Below, in pieces: positions 34,768-47,813 of a stretch of 64,000 nucleotides of DNA (the first letter of the stretch is position 1; each line of letters begins with the position of its first letter). The notes under the pieces were generated by a model. It saw nothing but the letters and a program-made list of their open reading frames with translations, ran no database searches and was not told the DNA's origin. The position numbers were made by a program, and so were the translations under genes. Origin of the DNA: Oikopleura dioica (Eukaryota; Animalia; Chordata); assembly GCA_907165135.1 (NCBI GenBank), contig OU015566.1, positions 8,246,001 through 8,310,000 of the forward strand, in the 5' to 3' direction.

Positions 34768-36810
34768 CTAGATAACTCTAGAATCAGGGCGGGATAAGGG
34801 AAGTCTAGTGTACGGAGACCTAGACGAAGAGTGGATTCGACGGTATTGGGCTATTGACAGAAGTATAATTAATCCGATACAGAAGAAAAAGACGCCGTTG
34901 GATTTGGACTCGACAAAGTGAGAAGAGGGAGTTGAAGCTCCAATTGGCTGCGCGTTTCTGAAATTATGTTTTGCTTTTTTTGCAAAAAAAAAAGAAGAAC
35001 AAACCGAAGAGGAAGATAACGAGTGCGATAAATCAAGGCGCCCAATGCCCACTGTACTTCTGCACCATCGATTGTTTGAACATTCGTCAGCTTCTTGCCC
35101 TCCTCGGGAAAGTTGAGACCTTCGTGTAGCACGAGCTAAAATTACGGAGTATGAAGTGTTTTTCATAAGATTCTGAAACTACCGAAACCCAAGCAGACTT
35201 GAAGCATTGATTCTTGAGTCTATTCGCATCTGCCTTGTACATTCCTTCTTTCCAGTTCTCCTCTAACTTTTCCCACTCTGTAGCGCAGTATTCACTAGCT
35301 TTTGTGTAAATTTGGTTTTGTCCCAAACTCCGGCGATCTTGAGAGTGTCTTCACTTGTGTAATAGAACTCGGAGAATCCGAAAAATTCGCCGACGGAGGA
35401 AAGAGATGGCTGGTACGAGCCAGCAAGGGAGCATGTCTCATCGTCTGCTGGACAAGATGATTTTTCAAGGAGAGGCTTGAGGGAGGAATAACAGCTCTGG
35501 TAGTCGCCTGTTCCGCTGATGGATCGGTCATGGACGTCTCCAACGAAATTCGCAGGGAAACAAGGATCTATTCAAAGCTCACTTTCCACAATAAAATGGT
35601 CAATTTTTACCAGAAGTACTCTCATCGGAAGCTGGAAGAGTCTCAATATGTCGTCTCAAAGCTTCATTAGCACCAAATCCCAAGTGGGTTGTAACGAAAA
35701 GATCATAATCAAGTCCAGTCGATCCTAAAGACACGTGTGCGATGTTGTCGTGTTTTTCGATGTTCGCATCTTTTGGAACTTCGAAAGCAATTTGCATTGA
35801 ACCGCCACCCATATCAATAATTCCAGTAGAAGGGATTTTGTTTCCAAATTTTGTGAACTAGACTATTTAAAAACGACATTTCCATTGAGTTCATACCTTC
35901 AGTTTGCCTAGAACATAGTTCGCCGCTATCCAAGCATAAATGCCTTCCTCCTTTCCAGTAATAACTCCGACATTCTGCTCCGCAAAGACAAAACTCGTCA
36001 TAGACGGAACAGATGTTCTCAGCTTATTGAGAATTGCATCCTGAGCTTCTTGAGGAATCATTCTCATTCCAGCAGTGGCTAACATGTACAATACAGTTTC
36101 ATGATGTTGTTCCTTGGGTATATGGGCAGAAGCAAGGTCGATTAATGGACGTAGATAATCTTTCTTTTGGTTTTTATTGTTGCAATTTGACAGGAAACAT
36201 CTGAATCAAGTAACCATTCCTTCAAGGTCTTCAGGATTGTCAGCAAAGGAGCTGAGACCAGGTTCGACTTTCTTTTGAACAGCGTTTCCGTTTTCATCTT
36301 ATCAAATTGAAGCGAATTCAAATTAAAGCAGACTACCTTTGAGAGGCTCAATTTCGAGCAGTTCTTTTTCAGAGCTTGCTCTAGGCCATGTGTACACAAA
36401 CACACGTGTTCCACTCGAGCCGCAGTCCATAACCACACCATAGTCATTAACGATTTGATTGTTTACTTCACTATCTGCTGATGAAAGAACGCGACCTGAC
36501 CAACCATAGTGCGCGTTTTGAAGGTATCCGACGAACAGAAGACCGGAAACGATGACCAGAATTAACAAGACTGTATTCGAGTTCTTTATCCGTTGTTGTA
36601 AGCTTTGGGTGTTCTTGAAAGTTTTGATCAAATAATTATCTAAGAGACTTCCACGATCACCCAGACTGAGGCTTGAGTCTTCCTCTGATCTTCCGATTCT
36701 ACGAGTTATCACCGTCATAAGGTAAAACTGGTCGGAAGTATCATATTTACGATAACAAAAAATGACAAAGTCTAGAACTCTAACAAGGAGGCGCTGTTTT
36801 TGTGGGCCAT
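34768..36810 (-). CDS. ENTPD4: Ectonucleoside triphosphate diphosphohydrolase, ENTPD4/7 (Golgi UDPase/apyrase) type; start codon tentative
   Basis: Apyrase conserved regions DCGSSGTR, LATAGMR, TGKEEGIYAW, MGGGSMQI and WALG; N- and C-terminal TM segments. Confidence 0.9.
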
Positions 36811-37190
36811 TTTGGGTTCTTATGTGCCACGCAGCGGGGCAGCTGATATCGTTAAGATTCATCAGACAAGAGAAGTGTCATCTCAACATTCTATAATTTT
36901 CCCATTTCACAACTTCGTCGACGGCATCATAAACTTCCTGCAATTTTCTGCAACACGAGAAAAGAAACAAAGGATAATTATCAACTGCGAGATAAGACGA
37001 GAACAAAGTCCTTCAATAACATAAAGTTTATTTTTAGACCGCACACTCCCGCCGACTGTTGGGGGAGCGCGTGGCCAGAGGAAAAAGGAGCGAAAGGAAT
37101 TGTTGAACAGGGTGAAAGCAATTTCCTAAGGACATGGGTTGTTGGTTGGCTAGTTCGAAAGGAGAAATTGCGGTATCGAAGCAAGCCCCA

Positions 37191-37829
37191 TTACATCGTC
37201 AGTTCCATGATCGCGTTCACGATGTCGTTGTCGTTCGATTTCAAAGCCTAATTTGTCGTTTTCAAAAACGCTCGAAAAAAGAGGATGAGTTACCTTCGCT
37301 GCTTTCGCCTTGGTGACGCCGGCCTGCTGCATGACGAGCTCGATGTCCTTGTCCTCGAGGCCTTCGGTGTCGACGTCTTCGTCGTTCTCGGCTTCCTCAG
37401 CCTCGTCCTCGATCTTGGGGAGCTGCTCCTTTGGTGCAGCCTGATCTTGCTTGAACTTGTTGACGGCCTCGGATCGGGCTCGGGAGAGGAAATCGTCGGT
37501 TTCGACTTCGCCAAAGACGATGTAAGTGTCGGAGTTGGCGACCTAGAAGGATTTCATGAGATCATGTAAGAAATCGGGGATTATTTTACCTGGTAGACTT
37601 CACCACCTTCGATTCGGAAGTTACCCTTCTTGGAGTTTCGCATAACAACTCGCTGGATACCGGCGACCTTTCGGAGGTTGAGCTTGGCCATGGCTTTCAT
37701 GACCTTCTTCTGGGCGCGGGATCGCTTGGCCTCACCTTGCTCCTCAGCGGGGGCGTTGGCCTCGACCTCGGGGATCTCCTCGATGACGGGCTCGGTGGCG
37801 GCGGCAGCGGCGGCTTCAGTTTCAGTCAT
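37191..37829 (-). CDS. NACA: Nascent polypeptide-associated complex alpha subunit
   Basis: RSRAQKKVMKAMAKLNLRKVAGIQRV, YIVFGEAK, UBA domain EDKDIELVMQQAGVTKAKA..NDNDIVNAIMELTM*. Confidence 0.97.
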
Positions 37830-38100
37830 TTTGGCAACGGGTCTAAAGTCCGGACTGGGTAAGAAGTTAGACGAGAAATTTTGAAAGAGTTTGTCATGGT
37901 TGTGTTTCGAGCGAGAAGAGGAAAGGTCAGTAGAAAGAACACAAACCAGGAAAAATGAAATTTGATCAACACTTGACCAAATCACTGTTTTGACGAACAG
38001 AAATTACAGAAAATAGACGCTTCTAAAAGCTCGCAGCTTGAAGAGAAGAAAATATGATTTCAAGAGAAAAAGGAAAATGACGGGAAAATTGGAAATATGA

Positions 38101-38451
38101 TTAGAATGCTCGTTTGAAATTCAAGTAGAGAACGCATGCGGACACTAGTGAGACGAGACCGGCATGCATGAATTTGAATGTTTTGATGTAGTAGTAGCCC
38201 ATGTAGAGAAACATTGAGAATGCTAGGAGGCCGCACAGCTTATTTGCTCTAGAAAACTTGTTAGGTCGATTATTGGGGGAAAGCAACCACCTTTTAGGAT
38301 AAGAGTTCTCCATTCCCGCGGCAGTGAATCCAACAATAGTGAGTGCAATAGCGGCAAAGAGGGGCGGAAGACTCCTTTTCTTGAAAAAGCCGATGAGGGC
38401 GCCCATGACTAGGAAGGTAGAATACGCCTGGATGATCGTAGCGACTGGCAT
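38101..38451 (-). CDS. TMEM14: TMEM14 family small membrane protein
   Basis: AYSTFLVMGALIGFFKKRSL.. and KFMHAGLVSLVS; length and hydrophobicity fit the family. Confidence 0.75.
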   Translation of the reverse strand: MPVATIIQAYSTFLVMGALIGFFKKRSLPPLFAAIALTIVGFTAAGMENSYPKRWLLSPNNRPNKFSRANKLCGLLAFSMFLYMGYYYIKTFKFMHAGLVSLVSACVLYLNFKRAF

Positions 38452-38660
38452 TGTGTCTGAAAAAGAAGGAAGGTGAATGAAAAGTAATTGAATTTGAAGT
38501 CACATCAGAAATTGAAGAAGTTTAGGTAAAGATAAGGAAAACTGAAGAGAAAGAGGAGAAAAGGTATGAACAGGTAAAATTTGAAGGCAACGAGTAGTCG
38601 TGGGTTTGAAACGGAAATATCTTCAAGGCAGTTACTGTGTCTCGTTCAATCTCTCAGGTC

Positions 38661-39655
38661 TCAGCCATCGGGCTGCGAATTGAGACGATCAAGGCGTTGA
38701 GTGAGTTCTGCAGCCAACTAAATTTTCGCGTTACGAAGGTTGTTACGTAACAGGCTATCGTAAACAAAGGGGAGATTCGTTATTACCTGCTGGCGGTTTT
38801 TGATTCGTTCGTTAATTGGCGTCTGCGTGCGTAAAACGGACACGATTGCGCGCGTCTTGTCAAAGTACACATCGTTAAGACTGTTGCGGATCTAAATTGG
38901 GCCGTTAATTAGCGTTGATTCAAGATGGCCGACCTTGTTTTCGATGTCTTCGACCATCTTGCCAATCTCAAGAATGTGCTCTGGGATCTTTGTGCCAGTG
39001 ACGTGCTTCTCCGTCTGTCTCTGTAGCGATCCTCCGAGACTCAGCAAGCCGCTGCTATCAGATTTAGTCTGCAGCCAGAGCATCACAGTTGTCGTCAATC
39101 GGTAGTGAAAACCATCGGTCTTCTCGATCACCTCAAAGATATGGATTGAGTCCCATGATCCGGGAATATTTTGGCTTCCATCTCCGGCCTTTTTGAAGAG
39201 AATAGCTCCAGCAAAGCCGGATTCTGCCGCTATTTCCCAAAGATAGACGGATGAAATACCGCCGTCGTAGTAGAGCTCGCGGTACTGATTGAAAACGTCG
39301 TTGAACTCGATTTCTATCTTCCTGAAAAGACAGATACAAACACGAACAATCTACTTCACTACTACCTCAACAACTCTGATATCTGTAGCCCGTCTGGAAT
39401 CGCAGGAAAGTACTTATCACTCCACGGTGAGCGATAAGAATCCCCATCGCGGTTGTAGTCACACAAGAGAAAATCCCTGCCAACTTCTTCATCCCTCATT
39501 AGCCTGAGCGGCTGATCTACGCGTTCGAGTAGATCCTCCGTCAAATCTGGGGCAAGATCGATCATATTCGACAAGTTGCGCTCGACCATATCCGGAGGAA
39601 GGCGGCGGTGGAGGTCGAGAGCGGACTCGAGCCGCACGCGAGGGTTTTTCGACAT
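38661..39655 (-). CDS. CAPZB: F-actin capping protein beta subunit
   Basis: [61 protein letters not shown]. Confidence 0.97.
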
Positions 39656-39719
39656 TCTAGAATTGATGCAAATAAAGAGACAGTAACACGAGTGGATATA
39701 GACCGAAAGAGCCTTCCAT

Positions 39720-40370
39720 TTATTCGGTGGCATCAACGTTCATGGTCTGGAGACCCTTGTAGGTGTCAACAGGGACGTAGGAAACAAGAGTGTACAGCTT
39801 GTTGGCGGAGTCTTCGTCCTCGTTTCGCTTTCGGTGAAGTCGGACTCGGATTCGGTACTGGACGTTCTTGACACCGTGCTCCCAGACGGCCTTGTTCAAT
39901 CGAGCGTCGATTCGGACGTCTAAGAAATTTGTCACATCTCGCGATCAGGTGAAGAAGGACTTACCCTTCGTGCCCATGGCGTTTCGGGCGAACTTTCGAA
40001 TGGCGTCGATGGCCTTGGGTGCTCGGTGCTTGTTTCCGACTTTGAAGATTCGCTAGAGGTAAACAAGGTTAGGAAAGAAACGGTGGAACATCAAATTTGA
40101 GCGTCTGCCTAATTTTGAGAGTTGAAAATTTGAAGCCAAGGACGATCCAAGCTCTAGGGGTCCTAAATCCCTGGGCATTGGACATCCGAGGCAGGAGGCA
40201 ATCGGAACGCTCGCGTTTGGGAGTTCAAAGACCAATCAGAAGGGATTGTCAACCTGCAGAATGATTTAGAGCAGATAAAGGGGATGGTAATCTACCTTGT
40301 GGAGGTTGATGGTGTACTCCCGGGCGATGACGTCCTTGATAGCGGATCTAGCCTTCTTTTCGCGAGCCAT
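39720..40370 (-). CDS. RPL31: 60S ribosomal protein L31
   Basis: [15 protein letters not shown]|[15 protein letters not shown]..|[29 protein letters not shown]. Confidence 0.98.
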
Positions 40371-40834
40371 TTCGACTTATTTGGTCCTTACGAGTCTGAA
40401 ATTAGTAACAATGAGTGAGTGTTGTCAGATTGTATTTCGTTCGCAGAATTGGGAATAGCGTCTCTGTTCCAAATATCTCTAAAAACTGGTCTGCTCCATT
40501 TTGTCAAAATTTTACTCCAGTGTGGCTCACGCGTCGTGCGTTAGACCAATCAGAAGCCTCTAGCGCCGAAATGACTCATTCCGCGCGTGCTCGTTTCTTT
40601 CAGAATTTCTTCTGAGTCTAAAAAGCTCTCAATAACAAACAACTAACAGTGACTCTTGACTTATGAACTTGTCTAATCTAAGAAATCAAGTCATGATGAT
40701 TATGGGCAAAAAGGGTTGAAACAAGAATCATCGATTTTATTGGATAATCTTGGGATTGCGCAAAATTTGGTAACGAGGTTTTCGCTCAAGAAACAAAATT
40801 CATATCAAAACTCATTCTTGGTAAAAAAATAATA
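40371..40834. promoter_or_regulatory. Probable bidirectional promoter between RPL31 and MTERF
   Basis: 464-nt head-to-head gap, CCAAT at 40546-40550, CpG-rich patch. Confidence 0.45.
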
Positions 40835-42094
40835 ATGAGAAGAGCAGTAAGAGGAAGCGCCAGAATCAGTCGTCGATGTCAATCTGGTGAGAAAACAGTA
40901 ATAACGGGAGTAAAAGACGACGATTTTTGTTAGTGACGGTGAACAAAGGCTGGTTTCGGCCGAAAGTACAAATTGAACGCGTCGATTTGGAGCGATATTT
41001 CATCATTGTCGAGGATCCTTCTCATTTCGTCTGGCAGAATCTGACCGACATCAAAGACATCGAAGAAAGATTTCAAATCTTCGATCAGAATGAAGTTGAG
41101 AGAAATATTTTCGGCGATATTGTCTCAAGAGTACGGCATTTCTACGGCTTCATTAGTTAATGAGTTGTTTTATTCTAGTTCCCTGAAATTCTCGAGTACA
41201 GTTTGAAAAACCTCGACAGTCATTTGAAATTCTGGCTCGAGATGTTCCAAAACTCTTCAGAATACTCCTTCCATCTCAAATCCTACCCAGCCGCGTGTTT
41301 CCACCTCGACGACGGAGAATATTTACGCCGACGAAACGAAATGCTTGAGTTTCTCTTCTCGAACTTCGGCATCAACAGAAAGATGCTCATCAGACTGATT
41401 TTGGCGTACCCAAAATTTTTCAACAACGAAGTTGAGGAAATTTCAACGAAGCTAGAATTGCTCAAGAATTTGTATGTTTCTATGGGCGGGAAGAATTTCA
41501 AGGTCTTTGGAAGAACTCAGCTAGGAAACGGGTTTTCAATGGAAATTTTTGTTAGTCACAAAGAATTTTTCGATCCATCAAAAATCCACCATCAGCACAG
41601 AATGTCCTTATCCTCGAAAAACCGGAGAAAATGGCTGATTTCATGGATCTTATGACGAAAACCGGTTTATCATCCGAAGAAACGCTGAAAATCATCTCTA
41701 AAATGGCAGGAGTCTTACCGGATTTGGCACTAGAAAACGTAGAAATCACGATGAATCTGCTCCAACGAGAATTAAATCTTGAAGAAAACTCGGGGATCAA
41801 AAAGATTTGTCTTGAAGGTGAATTTTCGTTGGTGGGAAACACAATCAATTATATTGTTCAGCACCAACCGTGATAACCTTATCTCCCGGAACTCTCAGCG
41901 AACGGTTAAAAGGCCTTCGTCAGTCGGGATTCGGCCCTTATGAAATTCTCGACCACCCGGATTGCCTGACCGTTACGGGGCAAATTCTGACACATAGGAT
42001 TCAAAAACTTGCGAGACTTGGAATCAACCCGTTACTGGAAAATCTTGTCGGGAACAAGGACGAATGGGAAGCAAAAGCTGATAAACTAAAGTAA
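40835..42094 (+). CDS. Mitochondrial transcription termination factor (mTERF) family protein
   Basis: Arg-rich N-terminus (MRRAVRGSARISRR) and Leu-rich mTERF-like repeats (PEILEYSL, LILAYPKFF, ILDHPDCL). Confidence 0.7.
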
Positions 42095-42584
42095 GAAGTT
42101 CTTATACTTTGCCTTTTTTATTGCTTAGATGCGTTTTCTGATGGTTTTTATTTGTAGTTCTGAGTCTGGAAATCGCCCAAAGAATGCTCGCCCAATGTCC
42201 CCAGCAGTCATTCGACCAAGATAAATCAACTTTGAAAGCTTTGTGAACTTCTGTATTTACAGCGTAATATATACAAAATAAATTCATCGGGACAATGGTC
42301 CTTTTTCCTTTCAAAAGACGTGTTTGAGTTTTATATTTAGCTTTCTCTGCCGCTTGAATGTGGAAAGAGCAGTGAATAATGATTTTAAAAGGTAGAACGG
42401 AAGCGTCTATTCAGAGCAACATCAAGCTTTTTTATTATCCTTTTGAAAAAAGAATCAGATAAGGGAAAAGATTCCGGAAAAATGAAGAGGATGAATTTCA
42501 AAGCAGGTAATCAATGCCGCTTTTTCATATTTAAAAACCTATGCACAATGAGGTCAAGCTAGTTTTAATATAAAATATGGGGGC

Positions 42585-43411
42585 GGGCGGCCACGGTACA
42601 AAAGTGAAATTTTTACCGCGGGAACAAATTTTGTACCGCCGGTACAAAAAATGATAATTTTTTTCCCAATAAAAACCGATTTTTACCCAAAATAATGATC
42701 ATTTTTGGACAGAACTCCACCTCAGCAATACCAGTAAGGAGTTTCCTTCAATTCTAGCGCGAAGCGCACACTTTTCTCGGATTTTATTTTCGGCTTGTAC
42801 CGCCGGTACAAAAATTTTGTAACGGCGGTACAAATTTGTACCGTGGGGCTGGGCGGGAGAATAATTCTGTGGACAGAACTATTCTGTGGAAACAGAACTA
42901 TTCTGTGAAAAACAGAACTATTCTGTTTGAAACAGAACCATTCTGTTTGAAACAGAACTATTCTGTGTCGAGCTTGGCAAAATTCACTTTGATTATGTCA
43001 TAGATAGCCTATAATACTCTGGAACTCATGTCTAAGAGTGGAAAAGGATTGACTTCAGTCGGTCTTTGAATCTTGCAGCCAAATACAATATAAAACAATG
43101 ATAGTTTGTTAAAAGAAGCTGAACCGAAGAGGCTATGAAGCACGCTACGGGCCTCCGGCCCTTGCGCGCATTTTCTGATAGAGAACTCATTGGGTTGGCA
43201 GGGGCAGTCTTTTTCTACCGCTGGGACTCATTTTTGGCAGCAAACAACTTCTGCATTCGCAGAATATTAGTTATTTCGCCAAAAAAAAAATTTTTTTTCA
43301 CAGAATTATTCTCCCGGAAAGGGGGGGTGTTATCGTGAGAATAATTCTGTTTTTCACAGAATAGTTCTGTGCACAGAATTATTCTCCCGGTTGCCCGTAC
43401 CGTGGCCGCCC
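42585..43411. mobile_element. Composite foldback/MITE-like repeat with terminal inverted repeats and internal palindromic arrays
   Basis: GGGCGGCCACGGTAC at 42585-42599 with its complement at 43397-43411; a third end copy GTACCGTGG at 42838-42846; five ACAGAAC(T/C)ATTCTGT units at 42873-42966. No TSD found. Confidence 0.7.
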
Positions 43412-43649
43412 TACACCCAAAATATGCTATATTATTTTACGTTTAGTGAGTCGTTAATTATCGCAAGTGACATTACCGTAGGGAGTCCTTGTAGGAAATA
43501 TCAAGTAGACCTTCTCAGAGCCAAGCAAAATTTACGATCATTGCCGAAGCAGATTTTCACGAGAGAGAGAGATTAATTATTAATTAATCTTTCAAATGAG
43601 TCTCTGGGTCAGGAAAGTGGCGTTATCGATTTTGCTCCCTGGGCCAGAT

Positions 43650-46600
43650 ATGAATTCATCTGTAGATGAATTTGCTTCATTTGGCTCCCTCGTACTATCC
43701 AATTATAAATCCTTTCGACTTGCTAGATTTTTGCATAATTCATCACCTCGTCAGGCTCTCATGCCATACACGTAGTGTCAGAAGAAAAGAAAGAGAATTC
43801 AGCGCTTCACCGCCTCCAGTGATTTTATCTTTTTTTTCTAAAGACTTTTTAACAAAAGGGTGGATTACTGTTTTTGATTTCGAACGAGAGAGACAGAGCT
43901 TCAAGCACTTCTGAGGTGAGGAGGCTTCAGGATTTGCAGGGTATTCTCCGCCTAACCGCATGGAGTAATTTTACGACCGTCGAAAAAACAACGCGTTGTT
44001 CTAAGCACAAAGTTCTTCAGAATGTTTTTAGAAAAGAGAGTCAATAACAATTTTTTCTCAAGATAATTTTTAATGGGAAAATGTCATCTTTGCCATTGTT
44101 GCTCATGTTTAGGCGCCATGCTGAAGAATGCAGGAAGATTCTTCGAGCGAATGAAGAGCGATGAAGGCTTGGTGAACGAATGTCAGAAGCAGTTCAAGAT
44201 TGATCACAGAGAAGCTATTGAAGAGATTATCAGAAAACTACGTGCTGGGGAACGATCCCCTGAGAAATTAGAATTGAGAGAGTTGTCTGGTGGCTTCTTT
44301 GGCGAAACGAGGAGTCTTGCTCATACTCAGGTAGACTCCATTTCTTGCTTTCTTTCTTCCAAGATTCCAAGAAAGGCGAAGTAGCAGGTTTTACATGGAA
44401 CAAGCGGTACATCACTTTCTATGCAGACTTCTTCGTGTTGATGCAACTCGGAGATTTGGTAGAATGGGACAAAGAAAATGGGCCAAATAAGGATATGCTC
44501 GCAGACTACATCTTTCTCCCGGATGTAAATTTCAGCTGGAAACGCGTTTCGAAAGAAGAAATCATGGTCATAAATAGGTCCAGAGAGTGCACTCTCCGAG
44601 TGAAAGAGGAGGCAGACTACAATGTCATCTTACAGCACTTATGCGCACTTCAGTACATAACGATGAATAAGGATCATTTATCAGATGAGATTAAAGTACC
44701 TATTCATGAAAGGAATGAGGTTATAGAGTTTCTCTCTGTCAACGGAAATGAAGCGCTCGACTGGCATTTCGGTGAAAAGGAGTGCCAGAGATGAACTTTA
44801 AAACCGCTCATAAACGTAAAGTCTAAATATTCACCTAGAATACCATCCCATATAAGAGTAAAAACCGCATCCTTCCGAAAGTTCTTTTCTCGTCCGCCCA
44901 AATACCCCGGCAAAATGGTACGTCTGTGCAGATGTATATATGGCGAATTTAGCTGACTCAATTGAAAATGCCACTGAGCGGGTGTTCATCGCAGATTGGC
45001 AAATTTCACCGATGATCTATCTGAAAAGAGATTACGACGGAGCCCATTCTTGTGGCATGGGCACTGGAACTTATTGGCGCCTGGACCAAGTTTTAAAAAG
45101 AGCAGCAAACCGAGGAGTGCGAATTTATATTCTCGTCTATCAAGATCCAAGCGCTCTTGGACTCCGTAATTACGAAGCGACGAAATATCTACGGAAGTTC
45201 AACCGTCCAGAAGCTCACATTGCCGGCGAACTCCACGGGAAAGACATTTGCCAAGGAAATGACTGCATCTGGAAGAAACATGCCAATTTCTTTACCCTGA
45301 CGCATCCGACTCTGGACGGGCCTAATAAATGGTCGCATCACGAGAAAATAGCCGTTGTTGATGATAAAATTGCTTTTATTGGCGGTTTAGACTTGAGCAT
45401 GGGCAGATGGGATGTTCACGGAAAGTACCCAATGTTTGACCCAGATAGCAGAACTTTCAAGGGATTCGATTATTGGAGCCAATTCAACTCGAAACCAGAT
45501 CAGAATCTGATCGAGTGTCGGCACGAGACCATCGGAGAAAACGGATCCAGAACTCACTGCCTTTTTGACGAGACTGTAAGCTATCTTGATCGACAATCTG
45601 AAGCGCGATCGCCCTGGCATGACATCGCCTGTCGACTTCAAGGAGAAGCAGCGTTCGATGTCTCACTACATTTCATTGAACGATGGAATATGACGACGCA
45701 CACAGCGTATCAATCGGCTGTAAAAATCAACCTGCCTGTTTTCCGAAAGATCCGCGTGTTCAATCCGTTCGATAAAATGCAGAAACAGTACATTGTTCCA
45801 AGAATTAGAAGTAAAGTTGTTAGAAGGTAAATAACACTCGTAATTCTAAATCGACAAATTAAATTTAGTCAACCGGTTGTGGCAGATGGCATACCCATGG
45901 CTGGAGGAGAAGTTGCCCGGCAAATTGAGGAGGTCAATACAAGATGCCAAATCATTCGCTCATCAGCAGCATGGTCTGCTGGCCTGAAGGAAACAGAACG
46001 GACCATCTACGATAATTACAAGGAACTCATTCAAAGCTCACAAAGATTTATCTTCATTGAGAACCAATTCTTTGTGACTACATGCGGAGATTTCAACACT
46101 GATCCCAAACTACCACAAAATCAAATCGCTCTATTTCTTTGTGAAAGGATCATTCGAGCTTTCCGCGAGCGAAAGGAATTCAAAGTCTACATCGTGATTC
46201 CATGCATTCCTGGCTCTGGAGGAAGCTTGGAAGAGAACACAGCAGCTGGCCAGGAAATTCTACTGCACATCACATATGAAAGCATTTCGAGAGGTGGAAA
46301 TTCAATTTATGAATATCTCAAGAGATGCGAGCCAACCATCGAGTAAGTGTTTACTATTTAAATATTTATTACAACTTATTAAGAGTGGAAGACTATATTT
46401 ACTTCGCAAGCTACCGAACTCACGAAATGTACAACGGCGGGCTACACCAAGCAGTTGTATACCCTCACTCTAAACTGATGATTGTTGATGATCGCTTCAC
46501 TATTATTGGTATGAGGGAGAACTATCACTCATTTATAATCAATTTTTTCTAGGCTCGGCAAATATCAACGACCGATCACTCATCGGCGACCGTGACAGCG

Positions 46601-47161
46601 AAATCGGTGCGATAATTGACAACGAATGCTTCGCAAGATCACTGCGTGTTCGAATCTGGTCAGTTGCTCTCGGTGATCCTGAGAATCTAGTGCAGACTGC
46701 ACTCCCGCCCGAATCGGGAGAATTTTTTAAATATTGGAAAGATAGGGCAAAGTTCAACTATCAGGTGAATAATTGAGAGATTAATATTTATGCGTTTCGT
46801 CATAAATAATTTGATTCCCATAAAATTATAATACACTTCACAATTTATCTCTCAGCTTTTCGACGAAGTATTCTGTATCTTGCCAAACAACACGGTTTAC
46901 TCTCTTCCGGGAAAGTTTGAAGCTGCTTCTGAAGACTGGAAAGAATGGAAGCAAAGATACGACAACCGCCCGGCAAAAACTCAAGTCGAAGCAGGTGCAG
47001 CCCGAATGGCTCAAAGAAGAGGATACCTCGTCAGCCATCCGCTCGATTTCCTCAAGAATGAGGATCGCGTCGACGAAATCAGCGATTTCTTCAAGAACCC
47101 TTCAGCCGCTTTCACAAAGGAAGGCATAACGCAATTCCTAGACGGAACCATGTTCCAATGA
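43650..47161 (+). CDS. PLD: Phospholipase D (PLD1/2 family); 5' boundary uncertain
   Basis: PH-like region, RVFIADWQISP, HKD1 WSHHEKIAVVD, PWHD, IENQFF, HKD2 YPHSKLMIVDD..GSANINDRS..RDSE. Confidence 0.93.
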
Positions 47162-47289
47162 AGCTAAAGACATGTATTTATCTGTATATTTGTTGCGAAT
47201 CTTCTTCAATATTCCATGCTTAGCAAAACTATTTTTAAATCATTTTTCAATAAAGCTACAATCTCGGATTTTATTTGAAAAAGAATGAA

Positions 47290-47813
47290 TTACAAATACA
47301 AAATTTCCTTCAATTTAGCAAGAATTTTCGCCCCCAGCTTTACTTCCACTGAAAGCCTTGGACTTCCTCTGTTCAACTGATCAATGCTTGTTGTTGAAGT
47401 AACCTGTCTCTTAGCTTCTTCTAATCCCTTTGAAAATACCAAGAACTGGCTTTCTGCCTCTTCATCATTCTGTGGCGGGTACTCGGAGTCTTGCAGCCAT
47501 TTTCTTACTGTTTTCACAGCAAGTGTCGTGGCTATATTCTCAATATTTAAATATCTTGAGTCTTTGTTTTACCGTTTTCTAAAACAAGTGACCCCTCGGG
47601 TGTTGTATTCCACCACAGAAAAAGTTGAGCGCTTTCTTCAGGTGTCAAGATTGACTTCTCTCCGTCAGTCTGGTCAAAAAGAAGAGGCTCGAACATAATG
47701 TCTGGCTCGTAGTAATAAAAGCCATCGTAGGTTACATTAAAACCGTGCTTGGAAGGTTCTCTATCAGCCGGGCGAAAAGTAACGGGATACCCGCTGGAAG
47801 AGTAAAAGGACAT
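47290..47813 (-). CDS. Hypothetical 2-exon protein (~150 aa)
   Basis: MSFYSSSGYPVTFRP..WWNTTPEGSL|..VKTVRKWLQDSEY..KLKEILYL*; two ORF segments separated by a short intron-sized gap. Confidence 0.5.

Larger units (their letters stand above)
29031..40370 (-). other. Operon-like run of nine co-directional genes
   Basis: Stop-to-start gaps of about 64, 209, 271, 380, 642, 50, 41 and 386 nt; pyrimidine-rich AG acceptors directly before several ATGs. Confidence 0.7.

Noticed and set aside
40054-40295. Unusually long RPL31 intron as a possible snoRNA host
   Set aside because: No convincing C/D or H/ACA box arrangement by eye; needs snoscan, snoGPS or Infernal.
43600-44100. Apparent absence of a PX domain in PLD
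   Set aside because: The 5' exons could not be reconstructed reliably, so absence is not supported.
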